Shown here: piece by piece, positions 6,972-16,275 of the stretch
How positions within the stretch are numbered: position 1 is the stretch's first letter
Layout: each line of letters starts with the position of its first letter
Sequence record: MN850619.1
From: Escherichia phage finno
Reading direction: 5' to 3' (one strand)
DNA: 64,000 nt
Translations under genes and position numbers: made by a program
The notes under the pieces: model-generated
What the model was told of the DNA's origin: nothing
What the model saw: only the letters and a program-made list of their open reading frames with translations
Database searches by the model: none

Positions 6972-8387
6972 TTACCAGATATAACGGTCAATCATTACTG
7001 CTTTGAGCATTACGCTGATTGGGTCAAACTTCTCACCACCAAGTAGAGCTTTTAAAGTGGCTGGAGAGAAACCAGATACCATTGCTACACCGTTATCCTT
7101 AACAGATACTTCGCAAGTGCCATTACGGTTTGCTAAGTACCAGAATACCAATTGTGGCATCTCATATCCAGCTTTTTTGTACTTGCTCTGAATTGCTTCA
7201 AAGTTTGTACGACCGTTAGCTCCATCAACCTGATTGAACTCCATATCAGAGAAGATGATAAGCTTACTTGGCATATCTTTCTGAGTCAAGTTGTTTCTTT
7301 TACCTGTCTCAAGAATGCGGTCAAAAGCTGCTTGTAAGTTAGTTGAGCCATATTCAACGTGTCGCATCACCTGACGATGACGGTTTCGTAAATCACCACT
7401 CAGTTCGATGAAGTGAGGGTTTGTTGAATAAACCATTAACTCGTTCTTAAAGCAACCTGTATTGCGTTCTGCTACATACAATGCAAGTGATACACCAATA
7501 TCAAGAGCAGTAATTGAACCAAAATTCACCCAAGACATTGAGCTTGAAACATCAGTCATACACAAGATGTTTTCACCTTCTGCCATCCAGTTTGGTAGTG
7601 CTTTCCACTGCTCATTGGCAACATCTGCATTACCATGCTTGATAGACTTAATCACATCGTATGGGTAAACAGCACCAGCGTTAATCTTAGTCTCACCTTT
7701 TGATAAGGACTCAATGTAAGCTTTGTAGCGTTCTCCATCTTTACGGTTAAACAGTTTTTGGTAACGTGCAGCAGCAAGTGAAGGAATCTTACTGTAGTCA
7801 ATCTTACCAAACTCATTAGCAGAGATTTTTTGCTCAACTGTATCAGATAGTGCAGACAACAGTGTGCGGTACTCTTTCTCACTCAAGTTGGCAAACTTGC
7901 AGAAACGTTTTACAAACTGTTTGTGACGTGGTTTGACTCGTGGTAACCACTTAGCTGCCAAACCTGCTGTTGCAGGGTCTAGTAATGCTGCTTCTAAATG
8001 TTTGAAGGCATCTGTCTCGAAGCGAGTGCCTACGAAGATTTTGAAGTCATCAAAACGACCAAGTTCTGCAATCTTATCCATAATGCGAAGAACCTGTGTA
8101 GGCTCTAAAACTTTATCTTCAATTGCCTGAAGCAAAACAGTTCTGAAGGCTTTACGCTCACCCATACCCTCTCGTACATCTCGCATATGCAGTAAAATAC
8201 GAACTGCAACATCAACATCCTCACGCAAAGCTTTGTAGAACAGGTCTGGTAAGATTTCTACGTTGCTACGGCTTGAACCAGCAGCTTTGTAAAAGTCCAC
8301 AAGAGCAGACATTGATGAAGTATGGTTTACAGCACCATTTTCAGTTCGACCTGCATGAAGGTGCGCATGTTTAAATAATTCGCTCAT
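6972..8387 (-). CDS. vWA-domain protein (MIDAS-like DVSSSMS); possibly DUF2828/TROVE (Ro60)-like
   Basis: 471 aa ORF; N-terminal TENGA...SALVDFYKAAGS stretch and a central DxSxS metal-site motif followed by a vWA-like region; family assignment from motif recollection only. Confidence 0.5.
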   Translation of the reverse strand: MSELFKHAHLHAGRTENGAVNHTSSMSALVDFYKAAGSSRSNVEILPDLFYKALREDVDVAVRILLHMRDVREGMGERKAFRTVLLQAIEDKVLEPTQVLRIMDKIAELGRFDDFKIFVGTRFETDAFKHLEAALLDPATAGLAAKWLPRVKPRHKQFVKRFCKFANLSEKEYRTLLSALSDTVEQKISANEFGKIDYSKIPSLAAARYQKLFNRKDGERYKAYIESLSKGETKINAGAVYPYDVIKSIKHGNADVANEQWKALPNWMAEGENILCMTDVSSSMSWVNFGSITALDIGVSLALYVAERNTGCFKNELMVYSTNPHFIELSGDLRNRHRQVMRHVEYGSTNLQAAFDRILETGKRNNLTQKDMPSKLIIFSDMEFNQVDGANGRTNFEAIQSKYKKAGYEMPQLVFWYLANRNGTCEVSVKDNGVAMVSGFSPATLKALLGGEKFDPISVMLKAVMIDRYIW

Positions 8388-8468
8388 ATTTTACTCTCTT
8401 CTCTCATTTGTTGTTTGATGTGACAGACTTTAGAGCAACTTTGTAGAGTCTGTCAACACCTTTTAAAA

Positions 8469-8840
8469 TTATTTTTTGAGAGTCGCTACAGCAGAGAACG
8501 TTGGTTTGTTATCTGTCTGTGGCTGACCACCATTATCAGGGGTTTTCTTAGTGTCTGCTGCAAGTGCTTTCATCTCACCTGCTGAGTGAGTAAAGATGGT
8601 TTTACCGACCTCAATCATACTCTTGATGGTTACGTCGTCTGTGTTTAACCCGAACTCTGCAAGCTTAGCAGCGTCCCTTGTAACAATCGCCTCAAACAGT
8701 TTTGCAGCAAACTCAGCAGAATTATCAATGGTCAGTTGAGCTTTTACAAGTGAGCTTTTGTTACGAGAGCCTTTTGGTCTTCCAGATGGGTTTCCAGATT
8801 GGCCTTTTTTAAACTGGCCTTTGTTTGTTCTGTTTTTCAT
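8469..8840 (-). CDS. Hypothetical protein with basic GNPSGRPKGSRNK motif (putative DNA-binding)
   Basis: 123 aa ORF; N-terminal KGQSGNPSGRPKG motif; last gene before the strand switch. Confidence 0.45.
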   Translation of the reverse strand: MKNRTNKGQFKKGQSGNPSGRPKGSRNKSSLVKAQLTIDNSAEFAAKLFEAIVTRDAAKLAEFGLNTDDVTIKSMIEVGKTIFTHSAGEMKALAADTKKTPDNGGQPQTDNKPTFSAVATLKK

Positions 8841-8954
8841 TGGTATGCCTCTTATAAGACCTCTTAAAAGGCTTTTAAGATAAAAGATAGATATCCAGAA
8901 AGATATCTGTTTAAATAGCCTTTTTAGAGGAACCTTTTAAGTTATCTTCTAAGT

Positions 8955-9050
8955 ATTTATAAGCCTACACCTTGTCAAGTACTTTGTCAACAACTTTTTA
9001 ACTTGCAATAGTTCTTGACTTGTTGTATGGATTACTGTACCATCTTACTT
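8955..9050. promoter_or_regulatory. Divergent promoter region with tandem TTGTCAA motif (CACCTTGTCAAGTACTTTGTCAAC)
   Basis: On the minus strand this reads TTGACA-N17-TAGGCT with a second TTGACA; on the plus strand TTGACT-N17-TACCAT sits upstream of the 9089 start; same 25-nt motif recurs at 56170-56195. Confidence 0.45.
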
Positions 9051-9088
9051 AAAGCTGTAGGTCTGCCTTGTTCTACAAAGGAGACTTA

Positions 9089-9250
9089 ATGAGAAAATCA
9101 AATAAACCGAAGAAAGGTAAGAATACCAATCACTGTAAGGAATCAAAAAGGGTAGAATTAATCTACTATTCATCCTCTGAAATTGGTCTGTACCTGTTCT
9201 TTCAAAATTACAGAAGACAAGAGGATTATCTATGTGTAGTTCCCAATTAG
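9089..9250 (+). CDS. Hypothetical small basic protein
   Basis: ORF track 9068..9250; start moved to the ATG preceded by a GGAGA RBS. Confidence 0.4.
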   Translation: MRKSNKPKKGKNTNHCKESKRVELIYYSSSEIGLYLFFQNYRRQEDYLCVVPN

Positions 9251-9465
9251 AAATCGCAGATATTATAGATTTATATCAAACTGCAAAGAGTCATGGCTAT
9301 ATAACCTCAATTGGAAAGAATAGTCACTATGATGCTTTGACTGGAATGTATTTCAGGGCAATGGCTCAATCTAGTGAACAACACTTAGTGGTTTCTTCCA
9401 GTGAGTTTACTTCGTTTCTCTATTGCAGCAAAATTATAAATCGCAGGAGAACTGAAAAATGTTAA
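9232..9465 (+). CDS. Hypothetical protein
   Basis: 77 aa ORF in the plus-strand operon, overlapping neighbours by a few nt. Confidence 0.4.
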   Translation: MCSSQLEIADIIDLYQTAKSHGYITSIGKNSHYDALTGMYFRAMAQSSEQHLVVSSSEFTSFLYCSKIINRRRTEKC

Positions 9466-10049
9466 CAGTAAGTTTTAATTACAATAGTGATGGCTCTGTA
9501 TCAATTAACTCACCATATGCAAATGACCTACTTAAAGAGCTAGTCAATCAGTGTGAGAGGGGTCTTCACTATGTTCAAAATTCTTTTAAACAGAAGACTA
9601 TTGCTAATAACTTGATGCGTGTAACAGTGACGGCATCAAATCCAAATTATGACTTTGATAGTGAAAGTCCGTACTCATTAGTTGCGCTTGGAGAGAGCAG
9701 CCAATTCAAACTTGTTTGCCACGACTCAGAAACATTCCTTAAGGTATTTTCCAACCTTATCCATAATAATAAGTACAGCTACGTTGATGGTAGTGTAAAC
9801 TTCTATCCAGCAAACTATACATGTTTGTTGACTGATAATATGAGAAAAAGTAAGCAAGAGCCTACAGAAATCTCATTTGATGTGAACTCTAGTCCAGACG
9901 CAGAAACAAGTAAGAACTTTGATATGAGTTATGCGTTGTCACTCAGTAAGAAATCCGAGTTCATTGATTATGTCAATGGATTTGGTTTTAAGTTTGATGA
10001 GAGTATGAATCTTAAAAAACTTAAGAACCTACTTAAGACCAAAGCTTAA
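9459..10049 (+). CDS. Hypothetical protein
   Basis: 196 aa ORF with start overlapping the upstream stop. Confidence 0.5.
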   Translation: MLTVSFNYNSDGSVSINSPYANDLLKELVNQCERGLHYVQNSFKQKTIANNLMRVTVTASNPNYDFDSESPYSLVALGESSQFKLVCHDSETFLKVFSNLIHNNKYSYVDGSVNFYPANYTCLLTDNMRKSKQEPTEISFDVNSSPDAETSKNFDMSYALSLSKKSEFIDYVNGFGFKFDESMNLKKLKNLLKTKA

Positions 10050-10096
10050 GTGTGAATAGGGGCTGATGCCCCTTTAACTATTTATAAGGATATTTA

Positions 10097-10468
10097 ATGA
10101 AAGCTAAGAGTGCAAAAGACTTTTATTGCTTCCTACAATCCTATATCAATTCCGTGCAAAATGGTGAAAGGTACAGCCTTAATGATGTTATCCCAACACC
10201 TTTGACATGGAGACTCAGCAAATGGCCTGAAGAAGATATTACACCAACAATCGAACAGCGCACCTACAAACCTGAAATCAATATTCCAGACTCTGAGAAT
10301 CTATTATATCCAATGTTCCATATTGTTGGTCTTGGAAGATTCCTTATGGATATCCAGTATGTAATTGGTAAAGGTTATAAGGTTAAAGGCATTGTTGTTG
10401 GTGATGTATCTCCACACCACAAAGGTTATTTTAGACTAAACGCACATTTAGAGGCTAAAAAGAAATGA
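10097..10468 (+). CDS. Hypothetical protein, paralog of the N-terminal module of the downstream Ig-like protein
   Basis: 123 aa; aligns by eye with residues 1-110 of the 10465..11598 product (shared FMDLQY motif). Confidence 0.55.
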   Translation: MKAKSAKDFYCFLQSYINSVQNGERYSLNDVIPTPLTWRLSKWPEEDITPTIEQRTYKPEINIPDSENLLYPMFHIVGLGRFLMDIQYVIGKGYKVKGIVVGDVSPHHKGYFRLNAHLEAKKK

Positions 10469-11598
10469 TTAAAGCAAAGACTTACCCAGACTTCAAAGAG
10501 TTTGTGAAGGGCTTCATTGCAAACGTAAAAGCTGGTAAGAGATATGATTTTAGAACATATCAAGAGGCTATTTTACCGCTTACCTACAGTTCGTATTGGC
10601 CTGAAGCTGATATTGCAGAAGTTGAGGAGTTTGACTACAAACCAGACTACAAAGTTCCATTTAGTGATGAGTTGCTTTACAGCATCGGTGCTCAAATGAG
10701 AACTTCTGACTTCTTCATGGACTTACAATATGCAATTATCAATGGTAAAGACGTTGATACAGTTTATTGTGAATGGCTGGCAAGAGTTAAACCATTCTCA
10801 ATGTTGAATGCTAAGTTGAAGGACGCTATCAAGCCACCATCAATTACTCAGCAACCAACCAATCAAACAGTAAATGAAGGTGGTACACTTACCCTAAGCA
10901 TTATTGCAACTAATGCCACTGGATATCAATGGAAAAAGGATGGTGAGGATATCACTAGCGCCACATCTGCAACCTACACAAAACAGTCTGTAGCACCTTC
11001 TGATGCTGGTTCATACACTTGTGTTGTATCTGGAGAGGCTGGGACAAGTGTTACCTCAGATGCGGCAACAGTCACTGTCAACGCACTACCTGTGATTACA
11101 CAACAACCTTCTAGCCAGACCATCAATGAGGGTGGAAACATCAACTTGGAAGTGACTGCAACAGGTGCAACAGGTTACCAATGGAAGAAAGATGGCTCTG
11201 ACATTCCTTCAGCTACAAATGCTACCTATAGCAAGTCTGGTGCGCTGCCAGCAGATGCAGGCTCATACACTTGCGTTGTAACAGGTGCGGGTGGTGCAGT
11301 GACATCTAATGCTGCTGTAGTAACTGTGAACGTACTTCCAGTAATTACTCAACAGCCAACCAATCAAGAAATCACTGAAGGTGAGACCTTAACGTTGAAT
11401 GTTGTGGCAACTGGTGCAACAGGCTACCAGTGGAAGAAAGGTGAGGAAGACATCCTCGATGCAACTACTGCAACTTACACCAAAGAAGGTGCAACCGCTG
11501 CTGATGCAGGAAGCTACACCTGTGTAGTTACTGGTGCAGGTGGCTCTGTCACATCTAACGCAGCAACAGTTACTGTTAACCCAGCAGGGGAGGCATAA
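10465..11598 (+). CDS. Ig-like repeat protein (three tandem Ig-like domains), possible virion decoration/adhesin
   Basis: 377 aa; three ~80-aa repeats each with ITQQP..N.GG.L.L...ATGATGYQWKKDG...AT...DAGSYTCVV.G..G.VTS.AA.VTVN. Confidence 0.6.
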   Translation: MIKAKTYPDFKEFVKGFIANVKAGKRYDFRTYQEAILPLTYSSYWPEADIAEVEEFDYKPDYKVPFSDELLYSIGAQMRTSDFFMDLQYAIINGKDVDTVYCEWLARVKPFSMLNAKLKDAIKPPSITQQPTNQTVNEGGTLTLSIIATNATGYQWKKDGEDITSATSATYTKQSVAPSDAGSYTCVVSGEAGTSVTSDAATVTVNALPVITQQPSSQTINEGGNINLEVTATGATGYQWKKDGSDIPSATNATYSKSGALPADAGSYTCVVTGAGGAVTSNAAVVTVNVLPVITQQPTNQEITEGETLTLNVVATGATGYQWKKGEEDILDATTATYTKEGATAADAGSYTCVVTGAGGSVTSNAATVTVNPAGEA

Positions 11599-12062
11599 TG
11601 CAACTCTCAAGAAAAGGCTTAGAAGCTATTAAGTTCTTTGAAGGTCTTAAGCTAGAGGCTTACGAAGATTCTGCTGGAATCCCTACAATTGGGTATGGGA
11701 CAATCCGTATTGCTGGTAAACCTGTTAAGATGGGTATGAGAATCACGGCTGAACAAGCTGAACAGTATCTTCTCGCAGATGTTGAAAAGTTCGTTGCAGC
11801 AGTGAACAAAGCCATCAAGGTTCCAACTTCTCAGAACGAGTTTGATGCACTTGTAAGTGAAACATACAACATTGGCATCATAGCTATGCAGGACTCTACA
11901 TTTATCAAGCGCCACAACGATGGTAATAAGGTCGGTTGTGCAGAAGCTATGCAATGGTGGAACAAGGTTACAGTCAAAGGTAAGAAGGTTACTTCAAACG
12001 GCCTGAAAAACAGACGTAGAATGGAAGCTGACATTTATCTTGACAGTGTATACCCAAAGTAA
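11598..12062 (+). CDS. Endolysin, GH24 lysozyme (lambda R / P22 gp19 type)
   Basis: 154 aa; EGLKLEAYEDSAGIPTIGYG...NEFDALVS..YNIG matches the GH24 phage lysozyme catalytic region. Confidence 0.8.
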   Translation: MQLSRKGLEAIKFFEGLKLEAYEDSAGIPTIGYGTIRIAGKPVKMGMRITAEQAEQYLLADVEKFVAAVNKAIKVPTSQNEFDALVSETYNIGIIAMQDSTFIKRHNDGNKVGCAEAMQWWNKVTVKGKKVTSNGLKNRRRMEADIYLDSVYPK

Positions 12063-12074
12063 TATCTTCATAGG

Positions 12075-12101
12075 CTCCTTCGGGAGCCTTTTTTATTTTC
12101 T
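12075..12101 (+). terminator. Rho-independent terminator (GGCTCCTTCGGGAGCC + T-run)
   Basis: Perfect GC hairpin with TTCG tetraloop followed by TTTTTTATTTT immediately after the endolysin stop. Confidence 0.7.
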
Positions 12102-12113
12102 AAGGAGAAAACT

Positions 12114-12512
12114 ATGAAACTTTGGGCTAGTGACTTTGGAACTTTTAAGTACACTCGTAATGGCTCGCTTGTACGTATTGTCGGAAACAATGTGGTTTCA
12201 AGAGGTGACAAGGTATATACACGGTTTACTGTAGAGCTTGTTGAGTTGTCACCTATTGAGTCTGTGAACAATGGCCTCTTCAAGTTTGAGACTTACAATG
12301 TTAATGAACATGGACAATTCAACCCTCTTGGTGAAAGTGGACTTGATATTATTTCAGAGCACCCATTGACAAAAGAGCAACTCGCAAGTTATTATAAAAC
12401 TGTTCTGGAAAGGCAGTTAGCAACACATGAACAAGAAGCTAACTATCATTTACAACATTGCGAAGCTTTAAGAGCAAAAATCGAACAAGCAGAGAGAGGT
12501 TTTTATGAATAA
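12114..12512 (+). CDS. Hypothetical protein
   Basis: 132 aa ORF with AAGGAGA RBS. Confidence 0.5.
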   Translation: MKLWASDFGTFKYTRNGSLVRIVGNNVVSRGDKVYTRFTVELVELSPIESVNNGLFKFETYNVNEHGQFNPLGESGLDIISEHPLTKEQLASYYKTVLERQLATHEQEANYHLQHCEALRAKIEQAERGFYE

Positions 12513-12900
12513 TATCAGTCAGATTAAAGTTAAAGTCGATGTTAGCCGTTACAGTGGAGATGAAGAATTAGACCTGCGAGATGCGATTCTCTATGAGAAG
12601 AATGGTAATCTTCATTTACATTTTGAAGACACAAACACATATCTACACAGATGTCGAGATGATGTAGATGGTTGTCCTGTTTTTGCTTGGTATAATTTAG
12701 AGTTACCTCTTTATGCAATCCACTATCCAGATGGTGGGGAAGACTGGACTACTCAATCAATCTTTGATGAGCTTAACGGTATTCCAGTTGAGCAAGAAGA
12801 GCAAGAACCCGTTGAACTTACCTTCACTTTTATCAAAGAAGAGAAAGTAGGTGACTTGTCAGTAACCGAAGCAATTCAAGTCTCACAGGTTATTCGTTAA
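12505..12900 (+). CDS. Hypothetical acidic protein
   Basis: 131 aa ORF, overlapping start/stop. Confidence 0.5.
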   Translation: MNNISQIKVKVDVSRYSGDEELDLRDAILYEKNGNLHLHFEDTNTYLHRCRDDVDGCPVFAWYNLELPLYAIHYPDGGEDWTTQSIFDELNGIPVEQEEQEPVELTFTFIKEEKVGDLSVTEAIQVSQVIR

Positions 12901-13193
12901 TGAGCAAAGTACAGGTTGTTTTCCCTATTTGTGACTTCTCACTAGAGCGTGAACTTGACCTGTACGAAGAAATTACTGACGAAATTATCTGGTCTGTTGT
13001 AGAAGAGGCTATCAAGAAACTATATGGTGGCCTCTTAAACCCATCAAGTAAAAAGCTCAATACTAAACAAGTAGCTGATACATACACTTCCTATGATGCC
13101 TACAACAAACCTTTTGAGAATACCTGCTTTGACCTTATGGTAGGCAATAACAAAGTCAACTATTTCTTCGTCAGAGAGTTTAACGATGAGTAA
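12900..13193 (+). CDS. Hypothetical protein
   Basis: 97 aa ORF, ATGA overlap with upstream stop. Confidence 0.45.
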   Translation: MSKVQVVFPICDFSLERELDLYEEITDEIIWSVVEEAIKKLYGGLLNPSSKKLNTKQVADTYTSYDAYNKPFENTCFDLMVGNNKVNYFFVREFNDE

Positions 13194-13530
13194 GCTCCAT
13201 GTCACAGTTTACAAAAACTTCGCAGATATCAAAGAGTCTTTAACAAATAAGCTTGACTTACAACGTAAAAGACTCTTTTTAATGTATGACATAGACAACT
13301 ACAACCATCCTAAAGAGTTTAACTACAAAGATGGTACAAAGGTCGTTGAATTTGAAGATTCTGTGACGGTGTATGTCAAATATGACTTACCAGCAAAGTA
13401 CATAGGGATGTTAGAGTATTACATATTCAAACATACAGGTATGCGTGGTGAAGCTGTCAAGATATCTTCTATAGAAGTTTTTGAGAAACCTAACACACAA
13501 CTTAAAAAGTATTTAATGAGGAAACTGTAA
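13186..13530 (+). CDS. Hypothetical protein
   Basis: 114 aa ORF. Confidence 0.45.
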   Translation: MSKLHVTVYKNFADIKESLTNKLDLQRKRLFLMYDIDNYNHPKEFNYKDGTKVVEFEDSVTVYVKYDLPAKYIGMLEYYIFKHTGMRGEAVKISSIEVFEKPNTQLKKYLMRKL

Positions 13531-14111
13531 TGTCCGAAGAGCAACAGGATATCATTCCACAAGTAACACTTGTACAACACTTTGGAAATATTGAAGGGTG
13601 TGTTGCACTTTTTCAACCGAGTATCAATTCCCCTGCAAAAGTTTGCAAGTTGACTATGAATGTTAATAACATTAGTGTCTGCCTTGTTGATGAAGTCCAG
13701 TACTTCAAGTTTAATGACAGAGAAGTTGATGCTGCACTTTTGAAGTATCGAGCTAGTCTCGAAAAAGATATTGACCACAAAGAACTTGTAACACTGTTTG
13801 GTGACCTTCACAAGCTTCTTGAAAAAGTTATGAAGCGCACATACTACATGAACAATGGCTCAATTATCACCACTTTGATTTCACCATGTATTTCAGAGCC
13901 AATTTTAACTGATGACGGTGGATACTACGTGGTAGCATCAGCAGACCCTGATTGGTGGATGAAGAACACAGCACTTAAGACGGTTATCGAGGCTATCCGT
14001 GAACATATCCCTTCATTCAGCCCGTGGAAAGGTAAAAGTGATGATTTTATCGCACTATTGAGTGAAGAGAGTAACAAGCGCAGTGCATTACTGCCTAAAA
14101 AATACTCTTGA
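13530..14111 (+). CDS. Hypothetical protein
   Basis: 193 aa ORF. Confidence 0.5.
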   Translation: MSEEQQDIIPQVTLVQHFGNIEGCVALFQPSINSPAKVCKLTMNVNNISVCLVDEVQYFKFNDREVDAALLKYRASLEKDIDHKELVTLFGDLHKLLEKVMKRTYYMNNGSIITTLISPCISEPILTDDGGYYVVASADPDWWMKNTALKTVIEAIREHIPSFSPWKGKSDDFIALLSEESNKRSALLPKKYS

Positions 14112-14183
14112 CCGAGTATACAAAACTGATTATGATGGGAGCTATCGAGAGGTAGTTCCCTTTTTAGTTTCTGGAGAATAGAT

Positions 14184-14729
14184 ATGGCTAAAGTGAAAGA
14201 ACACGATAAAATTATTTTGTATGTTAAGCAGAACCCTTCAAAGAGTGTTGAGGCTGTTGTAACACACATCTCACAAAATGGTACAGTTTATTTCCGACCA
14301 CTGAAGAACTTAGACTTTGACACAACACCAAACCACACATTCAGTACTTCTGCAAGACTGTGTGCAGGAACTGTATACTCAACTGCTGAGATTGATTCCT
14401 TATCTTTCACAGGTGCTTACAAAGACTTTATAGGGATTGCTTTAAAGGACTCTGAAGAATCTTTTAAATTTTTCATGGAGACTGATAAAGGTTGCTACAC
14501 ACATGTTATGCCAGTCTATAAGAAAGTTGACACAGAACTTACCAGTAAGTGCGAAGAGATTAGTAGTGACTTAATAGAACTTCAAGCATCTACTAAGAAT
14601 GCCATTTACATTATCGAGCGAGATTACTTAGAAGTTCTTTTTAGAGACATGTTAAAAGCTGGTTTTACTCCAAATGAAATTACAAAAGAAACTCAACGCC
14701 AGTTCAGAAATGCTATGGTGAAAGAATGA
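14184..14729 (+). CDS. Hypothetical protein
   Basis: 181 aa ORF. Confidence 0.5.
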   Translation: MAKVKEHDKIILYVKQNPSKSVEAVVTHISQNGTVYFRPLKNLDFDTTPNHTFSTSARLCAGTVYSTAEIDSLSFTGAYKDFIGIALKDSEESFKFFMETDKGCYTHVMPVYKKVDTELTSKCEEISSDLIELQASTKNAIYIIERDYLEVLFRDMLKAGFTPNEITKETQRQFRNAMVKE

Positions 14730-14944
14730 AAAAACTAACTACAGTTGAAGATTACTACAAACTTTCCCTGTTAGAACAGTATCGTAGAAGCCAGAATATC
14801 AGAAAATGCTATGGTAAGCACGCTGAAGGTGACTTTTACCGTTGCTATGATGCAGATTTAAAAGGCGTAACACCTAGAGGGAAAGTCCTGCAAAGACTTG
14901 TTGACCTTGAGTGGAACAAACGATTGAGAGGGGTTGGAAAATGA
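14726..14944 (+). CDS. Hypothetical small protein
   Basis: 72 aa ORF, overlapping start. Confidence 0.4.
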   Translation: MKKLTTVEDYYKLSLLEQYRRSQNIRKCYGKHAEGDFYRCYDADLKGVTPRGKVLQRLVDLEWNKRLRGVGK

Positions 14945-15444
14945 TTTACGAAGAAAGATACAAGATAGATTTTCAGGATACTTGCCATCATACTTCTTTA
15001 AGAGTGACGAAACCAAATGGAGAGGTTGGTATCATAGCACATTTTGGTGGTGATTATTGGTATGGTACAGGTTGCTTTGAAGGCTACACACAAGAATACC
15101 TGAAAGCTTTCTACAGAGACTTTGCAAATGACTACAACAGAGTTGTTGACGAAAAGAATAAGTGTATTAAGCATGAACACCATGCCAGAGGTTGCCTAAG
15201 TATTGTTATGGTACTGGCGTTCTTCTTAGCAATGCTACTGGCAGTATCAGCAATTAGCTGCATAGCTCAAGATTTGACCATTACACAGATTACTACAAAG
15301 ATACATGATATCTGGTACTTGTATGCTGTTCCTTTAGCTGGTATTATCATCTCACTAATAAGGTTCAGAGTTCATAAGAAACGACTTAAGGACTCTGAGG
15401 TTAAACTTGAAGAGGTAAGTAAAGAATGCAACCTACAATTATAG
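14911..15444 (+). CDS. Hypothetical protein with two C-terminal transmembrane helices
   Basis: 177 aa; hydrophobic segments LSIVMVLAFFLAMLLAVSAISCIAQ and YLYAVPLAGIIISLI. Confidence 0.5.
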   Translation: MEQTIERGWKMIYEERYKIDFQDTCHHTSLRVTKPNGEVGIIAHFGGDYWYGTGCFEGYTQEYLKAFYRDFANDYNRVVDEKNKCIKHEHHARGCLSIVMVLAFFLAMLLAVSAISCIAQDLTITQITTKIHDIWYLYAVPLAGIIISLIRFRVHKKRLKDSEVKLEEVSKECNLQL

Positions 15445-15520
15445 CTGTATGTGTTCGTTTTGCAATCGCTGAAATGATTAACAAGGCAATCTTAAAAGAT
15501 GCCTATGGAGAGACTAAGTA

Positions 15521-15745
15521 ATGATTAAGACACCTGTACCAATTTTTGGATTTCCTTCTATAGAAGAGTTTAAAGTTTATCTTGACAAAAACTTCTACAA
15601 TGAGCAGCCTGTTACTTTGCTGAAGAGTGACTTATCAGAGCTTCTTGATATGGTTATCAAGTCAACCCCTGAGAAGGAACCTGAACAGAAAGCTGAGAAG
15701 AAGACTAGTAAGAAATCCGATAAGAAGACTGAAAAGTCTGAGTAA
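15521..15745 (+). CDS. Hypothetical small protein with lysine/glutamate-rich tail
   Basis: 74 aa ORF. Confidence 0.4.
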   Translation: MIKTPVPIFGFPSIEEFKVYLDKNFYNEQPVTLLKSDLSELLDMVIKSTPEKEPEQKAEKKTSKKSDKKTEKSE

Positions 15746-15797
15746 TAGCTTAGGGGTTACTTGATAGCCCCTTTGTATAAACTTAGAAGGTAGCGAA

Positions 15798-16262
15798 ATG
15801 AAAATTAAAGAAGTCGTTCAAAAAGCAATGCTTGACAACTCAACTAAAGATGAAATGTACAAAGAGATTTGTGATAAGTTGAATTGTTCAAGACATGCTG
15901 CTAAGGCTCTTGTACATTGTTTTATCTGGGAATGCTCAGAGGCTTATATGCAATATGTAGCTTTTGAAAGTTCTCACTTGCTAGGTGATGTAGAAGCTGG
16001 TGATAAGCTAAAAGAGCCTGAGATGAAAACAGTCCCTAGAGTCGGTAATACATACCCTCTTAAAGATTTCAAGACTGGAAAGATTGTTGCAAAAGGTGTA
16101 GTAGAATCTGTCTATCATGATGGTAAATACTTACTTAAAATATTTGAGTATGACAGCCACTATACGCACTTATGTGGGATTACATTCTTAGTAACAGAAG
16201 AAGACCTTATTAAGAACAACAGCAACAAGTTTGCAGTACCAGCCTACCAAGTTTTACGATAA
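15798..16262 (+). CDS. Hypothetical protein
   Basis: 154 aa ORF. Confidence 0.5.
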   Translation: MKIKEVVQKAMLDNSTKDEMYKEICDKLNCSRHAAKALVHCFIWECSEAYMQYVAFESSHLLGDVEAGDKLKEPEMKTVPRVGNTYPLKDFKTGKIVAKGVVESVYHDGKYLLKIFEYDSHYTHLCGITFLVTEEDLIKNNSNKFAVPAYQVLR

Positions 16263-16275
16263 TGGTGTGATAGCT

